Source: a virus (taxonomy: Duplodnaviria; Caudoviricetes). Taken from it: a stretch of DNA of 52,592 nucleotides. The stretch covers positions 1 through 52,592 of the IMG/VR virus record IMGVR_UViG_3300010389_000023. One strand, written 5' to 3'. The notes under the pieces are model-generated. The model made no database searches and was not told the DNA's origin. It was given only the letters and a program-made list of their open reading frames with translations. A program made the position numbers and the translations under genes. Positions 17,571 through 27,900 of the stretch are shown piece by piece (positions within the stretch are counted from its first letter, which is position 1; each line of letters begins with the position of its first letter).

Positions 17571-20500
17571 TTATCCTCCTAGTGCAATAATATATGGCGT
17601 TACTTGAGCTAACAAACTTTGCGAATAAGATTGTCCAGAAACTGTACCAGTTGCCTGATCAATGGAAACCCCATCACCAATATTAAAATTACCAGATTCG
17701 TTTGTACTAGTATATATTACTAGTCCACCATCCTTACTTACGGCTTCATTTCCTGGTATTGGAATTCCTCCAGTTTGAGGTAAAGCAGTATTGATAGAAG
17801 TGCCAGAACCAATATATTGGAACGATTGACCACTTGCAAGTAATCTACTTTGCTTGAAAAAATATCCAACACTACCAGTAGTTAATGCAATAGGAACTTC
17901 ATTTGAAAATGTTACATCATATTCATCAGTTGCCACTTCAAATGCAGATTCGACTATAAAATATGATGGTTTCAATACAGCAGTTGCAGTAGCAGTAGTT
18001 CCAGAAGATGGAGCACTAATCGTTATTGTTGGTGGAGTGACACCATAACCTCTACCCGACGAAGTAACTTCTATTGAAGTTATTATTCCAGTGCTTGATA
18101 TATTAGCAACGGCTTGTGCAGTAATTCCCCAACTCTCTGGAGAATTTGTAATAGTAATATTTGGTGGATTGTTTGAATCATATCCACTCCCGCTATTAGT
18201 AACTACAAATTTATCTACTTCATAATATAAACTATCAAAATACACAACTTGCCCTGCATAAGGTCTCAAAATATTTATTTCTGCTGTTCCACCTGAAACA
18301 TAAGTGTGAGCAATGGTAGATGTTCCTACATTGACCGTAAACTGAGTTGCAGAAGGAGTGCTTAATACCCTGAAGACATATCCGTAGTTACCAGATGGAA
18401 ATACACCTGTTCCACTAGGAGAAGTGCAGCTAAATGTTAAATTCTGAAGTTTGACATCCATCCCAACCTGGAATCCATGTGCGTTAGAAGTTGTTACAGT
18501 TAAAACTCCAGTTGTGTTTACATAAGTAGCAGCACTAACAGTTTTTTGAGGTGTTGATATATCAACTCTTACTGTATCTGCACCAGCAGTTGTTGTCGCA
18601 GACACAGAACCCGTATATTTTAAACTACTTACGCCATCTGCAAGCAGTCCAAAATTACCAAAAGAAGAGTTAGAATTTGTTAGATCACATCCACCACCAG
18701 ATAAGCATTCTACTGATTTATGATTACATATAGTATATAATGAAACTAACTGGGCATATCCTTCATTTGAAATTTTTGCTCCAGTTCCATTTGAATTAAA
18801 TTGTGTATAAGAATCAACAACCATAGACTTAATATCACCAATAGCATTGGCGCCATTTATATCAAGACCAATACTATCAGTAATAAAATTGGTACAATTC
18901 TGAATATATGGAGATTGATTAATAAATGGAGGATCTGAAGGATCAAATGCTACTGTTGCTCCTGTACTTGAAGACGAAGAGTTGAAAGACAAATCAGAAA
19001 TATAACAACCGTTATTTACATAAAATATATCTGTATTTAAATTTTGAGGAATTACAGTAACTTCTCTCAGGGATGTTCCAACAATAGAAGTTTGTGCTGG
19101 CATTACCAAAGGATTGTTTTCTGTATATTCTCCTGGTTGAACTTTGATAACAGTTCCTGCAGTAGCTGCTGCAAGTGCTGACTTAATTGTTAGTTTTGGA
19201 TCTCTCAAAGAATTGCCATCATTACTATCACTTCCATCTTTACTAACATATAAAATATTAGTTTCAGTGATTGATGGTACTGCTGACCATTCTATAGTCC
19301 TTACGCCACTTACATCTTTACTTATAAGAACTTGATTATTAGTTCCACCACCACCAGTATTATCTAATAATGCACCATCAAACCGAATACTACCAGAGGT
19401 ATCAATTGTATGATCTGCTGAAATAGTTCTGTTTATTGATGTATGCACATATTGAGCATGATCGTCATCCGCAAGACCAGATAGAACTCCGTGATCAGTA
19501 ATGACCACTTCTCTGCCGCCTATAAGAGCAGTAAAATTAGATGTTCTTAAATCTTCATATTCAACTAATCTTGTTTTTCTCGCATTGGTATAACTATCAC
19601 TTGTTTGGTAAATAAGTTTATATAATACTCTTAAATCTCTAATTGGTGTTTGATCTGGTTCTATAAAGTTACCAAAATCATATGCTTGGAAAGATGCTGC
19701 CTTTGCTTCAGCAAAAGTTGCATATTCATCTTGACCCAGTAATGAAATAATAGGATTATTAGGATCTGATGTCGCAACAATATACATCACACCATAATAA
19801 TTATTAGTTATTTCTGTTGTTGACCAAGTTCCAGTTACTGATGAGTTATATACCATCCTCCCATTAGTAACATTTTTAATTGGAAATGTAGTTGCAGTAT
19901 CAATTACCCAAGGACCATCTGTTGTTGGTGTCGTTCCTGTGTCTTGTCCAGATCTATACATAACGGGAATAGATCCTGGATTATTAATATCTCCAAGAGA
20001 TTGCTCAAACGGATTTGCTGGAGTTGCATCCGCAACAATAGTAATTTCTAGGTCTTCATTGAAAAAAGTTCCACCTGCCATTCCAATTTGAGCATGTTGA
20101 TCTAGAGATCCATTCTGATCTTCAAAATCATAAAGGATATTAAATCCTTTATATACAACAGCTCCTCTAGTTTTATGAAGATACTCGTGAGTTGCCCAAT
20201 CTAAAACAATTCCATGTCTCGTATCATATACAAATGGTGCAACACTAGTCAATGCATTCCAAAATAATATCGCTACTGGAGTTTCACTCTCCCATACAAC
20301 ATCGGTTGCTGATGATTTATTTTGAAGAACTCCGTCTTGATCAAAATAGATATAATATAATCCAGTGGTGTTTGGAATTGTAGTGGTTTGTGCAGAGGTG
20401 AAAGCAAACCGAATACTTTTGCACCAGACATCAAATCTAGTTGCTACTGGGGCAATACTGAATACCCTAGTAGCATTGCTAAATGAAATAGTACTTTGAG

Positions 20501-20702
20501 TGCGATCTTGATGACCGTTAGGTTCTCCTGTTTCGTGAAATGCTGTGGTATCTACAACGCGCTCTGTACCATTCTGATCTCTTTTGAGAAAGAGTTTTCC
20601 ATCATGTGTATTGATGGCAACTTCTCCCAAATCTATCTGGTTTGTAGTTGGGATATTGCCAGAAGTTGCTGAACGCCTAAGGCGAATTCTTGGTGCTGCC
20701 AT
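17571..20702 (-). CDS. Tail fibre/spike-like protein with Mtd-N-like N-terminus and pectin-lyase-like beta-helix
   Basis: N-terminal RIRLRRS..SGNIPT..IDLGEVAINTHDGKLF; DHGVLSGLADDDHAQY His box; LYVSKDGSDSNDG..PKLTIKSAL....G..I.V.PGEY.E beta-helix entry motif; GSGY repeats. Confidence 0.75.
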   Translation of the reverse strand: MAAPRIRLRRSATSGNIPTTNQIDLGEVAINTHDGKLFLKRDQNGTERVVDTTAFHETGEPNGHQDRTQSTISFSNATRVFSIAPVATRFDVWCKSIRFAFTSAQTTTIPNTTGLYYIYFDQDGVLQNKSSATDVVWESETPVAILFWNALTSVAPFVYDTRHGIVLDWATHEYLHKTRGAVVYKGFNILYDFEDQNGSLDQHAQIGMAGGTFFNEDLEITIVADATPANPFEQSLGDINNPGSIPVMYRSGQDTGTTPTTDGPWVIDTATTFPIKNVTNGRMVYNSSVTGTWSTTEITNNYYGVMYIVATSDPNNPIISLLGQDEYATFAEAKAASFQAYDFGNFIEPDQTPIRDLRVLYKLIYQTSDSYTNARKTRLVEYEDLRTSNFTALIGGREVVITDHGVLSGLADDDHAQYVHTSINRTISADHTIDTSGSIRFDGALLDNTGGGGTNNQVLISKDVSGVRTIEWSAVPSITETNILYVSKDGSDSNDGNSLRDPKLTIKSALAAATAGTVIKVQPGEYTENNPLVMPAQTSIVGTSLREVTVIPQNLNTDIFYVNNGCYISDLSFNSSSSSTGATVAFDPSDPPFINQSPYIQNCTNFITDSIGLDINGANAIGDIKSMVVDSYTQFNSNGTGAKISNEGYAQLVSLYTICNHKSVECLSGGGCDLTNSNSSFGNFGLLADGVSSLKYTGSVSATTTAGADTVRVDISTPQKTVSAATYVNTTGVLTVTTSNAHGFQVGMDVKLQNLTFSCTSPSGTGVFPSGNYGYVFRVLSTPSATQFTVNVGTSTIAHTYVSGGTAEINILRPYAGQVVYFDSLYYEVDKFVVTNSGSGYDSNNPPNITITNSPESWGITAQAVANISSTGIITSIEVTSSGRGYGVTPPTITISAPSSGTTATATAVLKPSYFIVESAFEVATDEYDVTFSNEVPIALTTGSVGYFFKQSRLLASGQSFQYIGSGTSINTALPQTGGIPIPGNEAVSKDGGLVIYTSTNESGNFNIGDGVSIDQATGTVSGQSYSQSLLAQVTPYIIALGG

Positions 20703-20720
20703 TAGTATTACCTATGTAGG

Positions 20721-20963
20721 TTAGAATTCATTACCATCCACATCTGTATCTACAGATTTTTTGCGTGGAGATGGTTTTGATTGAGATTGCTTCGAAGAAA
20801 TCGATTGACTCTCAAGTTCCGAAACTTTATATAAAGCCTCTGTCAAAAGTTTATCATATATTCGTAACTTTGATTTCATAGCAAGTAGTTGACTTTGTAA
20901 TGACTGACATTCCTCAGTCATTACTTCCACCAAAGTTGCATAATCTACTTGAATATTATTCAT
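20721..20963 (-). CDS. Hypothetical coiled-coil protein
   Basis: 80 aa with a heptad pattern; GATAAATA late-promoter-like site at 20986-20993. Confidence 0.75.
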   Translation of the reverse strand: MNNIQVDYATLVEVMTEECQSLQSQLLAMKSKLRIYDKLLTEALYKVSELESQSISSKQSQSKPSPRKKSVDTDVDGNEF

Positions 20964-20991
20964 AATATAAGACTAATTTAAAAATTATTTA

Positions 20992-23280
20992 TCAGAAAAC
21001 TCCACCGTCAATTACGACATTGTGAATATATCTCTCTGCAACAGCATCCGAAACACCAAATTCGGTATTAGCATCACCTGCGGTAAAGTAACGAATTACA
21101 CTTTCATTAGTTCCTGCGGCGTCTGTGATGTTTAGTTGTTTTGCTAGGAATGTGACAGGTGTAATTGTTCCAGCAGTAGTAGATGCACTGGTTTCAGTAG
21201 TTAAACCAGTAACAAACACATCATTATCTTCATCGAAACCAATAAAAACATTATCGCCTGTAGTTCCACGCTCGATAATTAGACCAGAATCTTCCGTAGC
21301 ACCAGCAGATGTGGCACCAGTTGCTAAACCTAGTAATCTATCTGATACATTAGTGTTCGTCGTATTGATGTTGGTAATTGTTTGTGTTCCTTGAACAGTT
21401 AGATTACCAAAAATTGTAACAGTAGTTTGATCTGGTTCTGATGCAGAACCAATATTAACAGCAGTTGTGCTATCAGCAGCACCACTAGTAGCAATATTAA
21501 CTGTTTTGGTAGTACCAGTAGCGGTTGCACCAGTTGCAATGTTTACCGTAGTTGCACCCGTACCATCATTACCAAGATTTAGTGTTGCCGAAGCACCACC
21601 AATATTTACAGTACCAGTTGAAGTATCATACAATGCAGCAGTATTGCCAGTGTTATCTGGATCAGCAACGATGTTTCCACCTTCTACTGCAAGATCTCCA
21701 CCAATTGTGGTATTCTTTGATACTGCAAGACCACCAGCAAGTTGGATTGCACCAGTAGCTAAATTACCAAGAGTGTTATCTGCTGTATTACCATTAGTGA
21801 TTGTTCCATCTACAATTAGATTTGTAGTAACATCAAGAGAACCACCAATACTTACATTCTTTGCAACACCAAGACCACCATCCATCTGGACAGCACCAGA
21901 TGTTACAGTGCCAAGAGTGTTATCATCTGTTCCTAAGAATTCAGTTGTTCCCGCAAAAGCAGATCCAATAGTGACATTTGTTGTGCTTCCTGTAACACCA
22001 TTAGTACCAATATTAATTGTATTGGTACTAGCACTAGCGGTTGCACCATCAGCAATATTGGTTGTTGAACTTGCAGCACCATCATATGCAATATTTGATG
22101 TGGTTGCAGCACCAAATAAGTTTGCAGTACCCGTTGAAGTATCAAATAGTGCAACAGCATTGCCTAAGTTATTTGGATCAGCAACGATGTCTCCACCTTC
22201 AACTGCAAGATCTGCACCAATCGTTACATTACCAGCAACAGAAGCACCACCATCAACAACAAGAGCACCATTTAAAGTGCCAAGAGTATTTGCAGTAGTA
22301 CCGTTAATATTGGTTACGCTTGTATTAGCAGTAGAACCAATTTCAATTGTAGTTGCAGCACCAGCAAAGTTCAGTGTAGTAGCAACAGTATTATAAAGAT
22401 TTTGTGTAGTAGCAGAACCAACAACGATTGGTGAGTTGATTGTTGTCGTGCCATCGTCAGAACCAATATTGATATTGGTAGTGCTACCTGCGGCAGAACC
22501 AGTACCAACATTTACTTCTTTAGTATTACCTGAAGCAGTGGGTTCTGTTGCAAAATTAGTTGTAACCGAAGCAGTATCAGTAGAACCAGTACCAGAAAAA
22601 TATCCAGTAGATGCTACATATTCACCAACAATTTTAAGGCTGGAAATAGTTCCACCAGAATTGCCATCTTTATCTGGTAAGAAAGTTAATTGCCCTTCAG
22701 TGTAAAAATTTTCCGATGCTCCTGGCGAAGCGTTGTTATTTAAAACAAAAGTCGGATAATATACATCAGCAGTAGCATCAGTATCTTCTGGTGCTTGTTG
22801 AACAACTAATGTTGAAGATGCAACTTGCTCTGCAAAACTTAACTGGGACGTTGCTTGATCATATTCAAGAATATAGCTTCCTGCAGCTGCTGGAGCACCA
22901 ACAGGAAGAAACATAGTATAACTATTTGTAGCAGCACCTTGAACTGGGGCTTGAATAGTAATTGTTTCTGCTGTACCAGTTGGTCCGCCTTCTTCAAATA
23001 CTATTTTTGCTCCAGCACTAACCCCAGCATTATCTGCTGGAATTTGATCAACTAAGAAACTATCAACTCTTGCAGTGTAAGAAGATCCACCAATATGAAC
23101 GAACGCGCTTCCGCCATCCGCAATGTAAAAATCTCCAGTTCCAGTTCCTTCTGTTGTAGGAACACTGCCGTCTGTATCAGCAAAAAATGGTTCACCAACA
23201 AGAGCAGGTGACGTTGCAAATAATGCTACGTCTTCTGGGTTGCTTGTTCCTCTACGTAATCTTAAACGTGGTGCTGCCAT
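20992..23280 (-). CDS. Fibre-like structural protein with Mtd-N-like N-terminus and internal repeats
   Basis: MAAPRLRLRRGTS...LVGEPFF; three GA[LVI]x[VML]xGG repeats; duplicated DLAVEGG[DN]IVADP.N.GN..AL[FY]DTSTGT; IFGNLTVQGT..T.NTTN..V.D..L.L...DSGLIIERG motif. Confidence 0.75.
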   Translation of the reverse strand: MAAPRLRLRRGTSNPEDVALFATSPALVGEPFFADTDGSVPTTEGTGTGDFYIADGGSAFVHIGGSSYTARVDSFLVDQIPADNAGVSAGAKIVFEEGGPTGTAETITIQAPVQGAATNSYTMFLPVGAPAAAGSYILEYDQATSQLSFAEQVASSTLVVQQAPEDTDATADVYYPTFVLNNNASPGASENFYTEGQLTFLPDKDGNSGGTISSLKIVGEYVASTGYFSGTGSTDTASVTTNFATEPTASGNTKEVNVGTGSAAGSTTNINIGSDDGTTTINSPIVVGSATTQNLYNTVATTLNFAGAATTIEIGSTANTSVTNINGTTANTLGTLNGALVVDGGASVAGNVTIGADLAVEGGDIVADPNNLGNAVALFDTSTGTANLFGAATTSNIAYDGAASSTTNIADGATASASTNTINIGTNGVTGSTTNVTIGSAFAGTTEFLGTDDNTLGTVTSGAVQMDGGLGVAKNVSIGGSLDVTTNLIVDGTITNGNTADNTLGNLATGAIQLAGGLAVSKNTTIGGDLAVEGGNIVADPDNTGNTAALYDTSTGTVNIGGASATLNLGNDGTGATTVNIATGATATGTTKTVNIATSGAADSTTAVNIGSASEPDQTTVTIFGNLTVQGTQTITNINTTNTNVSDRLLGLATGATSAGATEDSGLIIERGTTGDNVFIGFDEDNDVFVTGLTTETSASTTAGTITPVTFLAKQLNITDAAGTNESVIRYFTAGDANTEFGVSDAVAERYIHNVVIDGGVF

Positions 23281-23305
23281 GTTATTTCTACCTTAGTTAT
23301 ATTGA

Positions 23306-23313
23306 TATTTATA
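23306..23313 (-). promoter_or_regulatory. T4-type late promoter TATAAATA
   Basis: Perfect match in the intergenic gap upstream of ATG 23280. Confidence 0.8.
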
Positions 23314-23315
23314 TT

Positions 23316-23621
23316 CTAAAATGTTCCATAATCAATGTAATTATCAGCAGGATCTACTGGTTGTCCTAAAGAACTATCTGCTCTATCAACAACAACAAAT
23401 GGAGGAACATATTCATGCTTACCTTTTGAGGCATTCCATATTAATACATACCCTTCTTGTCTGTTGGAAGGATCAACATCTTGAAGGTCGGAAACTTTTC
23501 CTGATATATCAGCCTTAAGCAAATTTACATCTACTAATTTTCTCGTAGCTGCTCTTGGTAATCCAACTTGAATATTGGATGAATTTTCTAAAGTTATTTG
23601 ATATTTATATGATGAGCTCAT
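23316..23621 (-). CDS. Small virion structural protein
   Basis: VSDLQDVD....GYVLIWN...K motif typical of fibre-associated repeats; ATGA overlap with the upstream gene. Confidence 0.7.
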   Translation of the reverse strand: MSSSYKYQITLENSSNIQVGLPRAATRKLVDVNLLKADISGKVSDLQDVDPSNRQEGYVLIWNASKGKHEYVPPFVVVDRADSSLGQPVDPADNYIDYGTF

Positions 23622-23974
23622 AGAACTGATCCTTTAACTGTTATTATTCCTTCTACAACTTTTTCAATTTGAGTTAATGCAGGATTTAATACTCTTATAT
23701 TATATACATATCTACCCTCGGGAATATCTTGTGTTTTTGTAACCAGAGATCCACCAGAGGCAGGAATACTGAGTTTTATTAATCCTTCATCTGGAATTAT
23801 CACTTGTGGATTTAAATCATACTGTGTATCTTTATTTGTGTAGTTCTTTGCCATTTTGGCTTCTACATTAAATTGATTCAAGTTAATAAAATTTCCCGAA
23901 GCATCTCTTAAATTAAAAATTACTTCAAAACTATCTCCTTTCTCCATTACTAAGTTTAATGGTATTGCTGCCAT
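23618..23974 (-). CDS. Virion structural protein, BppU-N/Ig-like
   Basis: NL.MEKGDSF...F......INL......MAKNY...I.LSI...T....GRYVYNI...KVVEGII.V pattern conserved in T4-like marine phages. Confidence 0.7.
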   Translation of the reverse strand: MAAIPLNLVMEKGDSFEVIFNLRDASGNFINLNQFNVEAKMAKNYTNKDTQYDLNPQVIIPDEGLIKLSIPASGGSLVTKTQDIPEGRYVYNIRVLNPALTQIEKVVEGIITVKGSVL

Positions 23975-23997
23975 GTCTTATATCCTCCCCTACATTA

Positions 23998-24005
23998 TAT
24001 TTATA
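23998..24005 (-). promoter_or_regulatory. T4-type late promoter TATAAATA
   Basis: Perfect match just after a terminator; GGAGGA Shine-Dalgarno before ATG 23974. Confidence 0.8.
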
Positions 24006-24014
24006 AAAGAGCAT

Positions 24015-24037
24015 AAAAAATGCCCCTTTCGGGGCAT
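24015..24037 (-). terminator. Rho-independent terminator
   Basis: Minus strand ATGCCCC-GAAA-GGGGCAT followed by a T run. Confidence 0.9.
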
Positions 24038-24041
24038 CTGA

Positions 24042-24254
24042 TCATTCTTCTACTGGACTATTCTCTTTAATTTCTTCTGGAGATGGTTCTCCTGTTGCTG
24101 GTTTATCCTCTAGAAGATTTAAAGTTTCAATACCACCAACTAATTTGGTTCTATATTCTCTTGCTTTTAGTAAATTAATTTCCAACTCTTCAATTTGCTT
24201 TTCTGCTTGTGAAAGTTGATCTTCGAAATTTTTTCTAAGTGCTTCAATTTCCAT
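24042..24254 (-). CDS. Hypothetical coiled-coil protein
   Basis: Likely starts at MEIEAL (24254); the upstream ATG at 24275 is too close to the late promoter. Confidence 0.75.
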   Translation of the reverse strand: MEIEALRKNFEDQLSQAEKQIEELEINLLKAREYRTKLVGGIETLNLLEDKPATGEPSPEEIKENSPVEE

Positions 24255-24283
24255 TTTTGTTATATAGAATGACAATGCATTAT

Positions 24284-24291
24284 TATTTATA
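24284..24291 (-). promoter_or_regulatory. T4-type late promoter TATAAATA
   Basis: Perfect match in the intergenic gap. Confidence 0.8.
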
Positions 24292-24293
24292 CT

Positions 24294-24785
24294 TTAAAAT
24301 ACAGTGAATATTCTGGTAATTTTTGTCGTAGTATCCGAAACAAGTCCCGTAAAAGTTACTCTCACATCTACGTTATTTCCATTTGCAATAAAGTTAATAG
24401 CAGATACAGGATTTACTCCTATAGACACAGAATTTAATAATTGCGAGTTTACTGTTGTCGCAGGAACAGTTCCTGTTCCATCATGAACTACTAAGTATTC
24501 TGCAAAATACACATCGTTTCCTGGTCTAATGACAGTATCATCAACAACTTCAATAATAAGTTTTAAAGATCTGTATGTGAGACTATCAAAACTAGATACT
24601 ACAACTGGAGCACCGTTATTATCTACAAAAACTTCTGCATCTATAAAAGTTCCAGTACCAAGATTAATACCAGATATTTCATTAGTACCAGTCAGAACAT
24701 TGTAGACATCCTCACCAATTTCATTAATTTTCTGCCTCTGAATTTCAAATGTATCTGTTTTAGCTACGATTTTCTGTGTTGCCAT
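24294..24785 (-). CDS. Virion structural protein
   Basis: N-terminal VAKTDTFEIQRQKINEI motif seen at the start of cyanophage structural proteins; YRSLKLIIEV...EYLVVHDG beta domain. Confidence 0.7.
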   Translation of the reverse strand: MATQKIVAKTDTFEIQRQKINEIGEDVYNVLTGTNEISGINLGTGTFIDAEVFVDNNGAPVVVSSFDSLTYRSLKLIIEVVDDTVIRPGNDVYFAEYLVVHDGTGTVPATTVNSQLLNSVSIGVNPVSAINFIANGNNVDVRVTFTGLVSDTTTKITRIFTVF

Positions 24786-24975
24786 TTCTTATTAGTTCCT
24801 TCAAGAGGTTTTTTATTTCGGACATTTCCGCCTTCAAATTATTTATGTCTTCCATGGCATTGTTAAATGTTTCAGCAAATTTTCTCTTTGATGGTGTTTG
24901 TGTATTGACAATAGCACCTGTTGAGGGGTCTCTATACAACCCCTCATAACCTTTTACTTTTATGTAATTATTCAT
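24760..24975 (-). CDS. Conserved hypothetical protein downstream of VrlC
   Basis: IKVKG..GLYRDP.TGAIVN plus coiled coil INNLKAEMSEIKNLL; TAATG coupling to VrlC. Confidence 0.8.
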   Translation of the reverse strand: MNNYIKVKGYEGLYRDPSTGAIVNTQTPSKRKFAETFNNAMEDINNLKAEMSEIKNLLKELIRNGNTENRS

Positions 24976-27900
24976 TAGAAACCTGCTACAGCTCTTATGT
25001 CTTGAATTTTAGGCACATATGCTGGATCATTACTCTTCATTACAATCTTAATAGCAAAATTTGAAAATTCTGGCAAGTTAGAAACACTATACTTGAGATC
25101 TTGATAAGAAGATTGTTTTTCTACAACACCTGAGATTGTATTTTCTGGCGTGGCAATTACCAATGAATCTGGTTGTCCATTTCCATTAAAGTAAATCCAA
25201 TCTAAATCTTCTAAAGATTCTTCACTTGATGCATTCTTGTATTTGTATAGAACTTCAATATCTGAAATGTCCTTACAGTTTGCAGTTAAATGTACATCAA
25301 TAGCAACAGCTGGATTTGTAATTGATATTTCTTTTGTTACATACTTAGCAACAGAAGATCCATTCTTAGAAGTATTTTCTTCTACAAAATCAAATCCATT
25401 TGTGTAATCTACACTCTTAATTTCAAAGAACGCTTCTTCATCGTCTGGTTGATCTGGATACTTTATAATATCTCCTGTACGGAAAATATCCTTAATTTGA
25501 TCTCCAATATCAGCATTTCTATTATATAAAATATTGTCTGCTATTGCACCAGTAAAGTCATCATTAATTGGGTTTGCATCAACCTTCAGAGTTATTTGTT
25601 GTGTTTTGTTATTCCAAATAACTACACGACCAGTAATAATATTGTCGTAAGTTTGTGCTAAGTTGGATGGATTTCTAGCTACAATTACAGCAGAATCATT
25701 AATGTCTACAAACAATTGTGATGGGGGAGAATTGACAGTTACTGAAGTTAATGCAGTTTGATTGGAAAGAGTTACAGTTTCACCAACTTGGAATATAGAA
25801 GGTGTTTTTACTCTTACCCAAACAGTAGACTCATCAACTTTTGCAATAATACCAATTGCTTTTGAGTTTTCACCTTTTATAACTTGATCAGATTGTAGTG
25901 GAGCAGTTCCATTGCCAGTTAATGTAAACTGATATACAGGATAGAAAGTAAGAACTTGATCTCTTCTTCCAAATCTATCTTCTTTTCCTGAAGGTTTATC
26001 TACTCTATTTGAAATTGCTTTTACACTACAAGTAGATAGATCAATTACTGGAGATAAGTATGATACATCAGAAGAAAGAATCATCTTATATTCTAAAGAT
26101 CTATTGACATTATTAAGTACTTCGTTAATCTCAGAAGCAATTACTTTTTGATTGCCAAAATAATGAGGTTCATTGAGGAAAGTTTTTTCGTATTCTGATT
26201 GTGAATATGATACATAATTTGTAGTATTCGAATCTACTGGCACTATGTTAGTAGTCTTAACCATTGTTTCAATTTTAGTATTAGCAAAATTCAAGTATCT
26301 GATTTGTGGATATAAAGTTTCGAATTTTCTATTGTAGGAAGCATATACTTTTTCACCACCACCAAAAGAATTTCCAGAAGATTTAATTGGAGAATAAATT
26401 GTATAAGTGTCTACTCCAGAATTCTTGACTTTAAACAGTGTGTTATTTAAAACATCTGCAGTAATTCCACCCGTAGCATCTGCTGTTCTGAAGAAAACAT
26501 ATGAATTTTCAGAGTCTTCAAAACCATGATCACGATGCTTGACTTTTACTATGTTATTGTTACTTCTGAATAGTTTTGCTGTTGCATTGGTACTTGCAGC
26601 TGCGTTAGTTTCAAAAGGATTTTTGTTGAGCAATTCATATCCGAGATTTTCATTTTTAAGTAAAATCTCAGCACTTCTATTCGTAACAAACTCTGCTCTG
26701 TATAGTTTGAATTTAATATCTTCAAAGTTATCTTCTGTCCAGTTATCTACATTCTGTGATCTATAAACAGAACCAAGAGATGGTTGTGTAGTAATAACAG
26801 TGCTGGTAGAAATATCAATCTCACCGAGTCTAGATGCCCATAGATCATAATCTACAGAATCTGTTTCAATAGCCATTGCATATTCTGTATTGTTTTGTAG
26901 ATAAACTGGATGATCAAATTCAAAATAAGTAGGAACAGTTGATTGAGTAGTATTCTCATTATCAGTTGCTACTCCCATTCTTACAGCAGGAGTATCAATT
27001 TCCAAAACAGTTTCTAGAACACAACCACCAGAACCATTACCAATACCACGAATAACTACAGAAGGTGCTTCTGTATATCCAAATCCATTCAGAGCAATTT
27101 TTGCATTATAAATTTTTCCATCGGAAATATTTACACTTGCTGTTGCTATAGATCCACCTGGAAGTTGTGGACTTTCAATTGTAAGAACAGCTCCTGTGTA
27201 ATTTTGACCAGTGCTAACAACTCTGATATCAGAAATTTTTCCACTATTTTTTGCAATGCTTAAAGTTAATTGCGTTCCATTTGCAACATTATAGGCATTC
27301 AGAGAATCAACAGAAAGGTCTTCATTTTGTGCAAATGATCTGCCATTATGATTTGATAAAACTAAAGTATAAACTTGCTCATTTGTAAGTGTGTAAATTC
27401 CTCTTGAAGAAGGAACTAAGTCAACTCCATTTTTATCAATAACTTTTTCAATAGGACCACTAGCAGCAGATGACGTTCCAGTTACAAATTCTCCCTTGGT
27501 AATACTTACATTGCCATTAGTAAAACACTTAAGTAAGGTATATGGAAGTAATGTTTTTTCCGATCCAGGAATAATATTTTTTCCTGGTTTGTCGGAATCT
27601 ACATTAGTCAAATATACTTTTACTGGAATTACGTCGCTCTTCTTATTGAAGAAAAGGTCAACTCCAGTAGCAAACAATCCACCCTCATAATTTTCTATTT
27701 TAAATGTTTGCGCTAGTGGATTTGGTCTTATTGGGTTATCAGTATTACTTTCAATAAATTGAACACCTTCATTAGCTTTAAAGAATGATGGTTTTGTGGA
27801 AATAATTCCAGAAGGATTATCTGGCAAAATGCCAGTAGCATAATATTTTACTTCCGCATACGTATCTACAGTTAGTTTATTCTCATTTGTTGAACTAGAA

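Noticed and set aside
21467-22396. 309-aa plus-strand ORF (and 27967-28542, 21125-21394 and similar)
   Set aside because: In-register antisense shadows of long structural genes; no start context.
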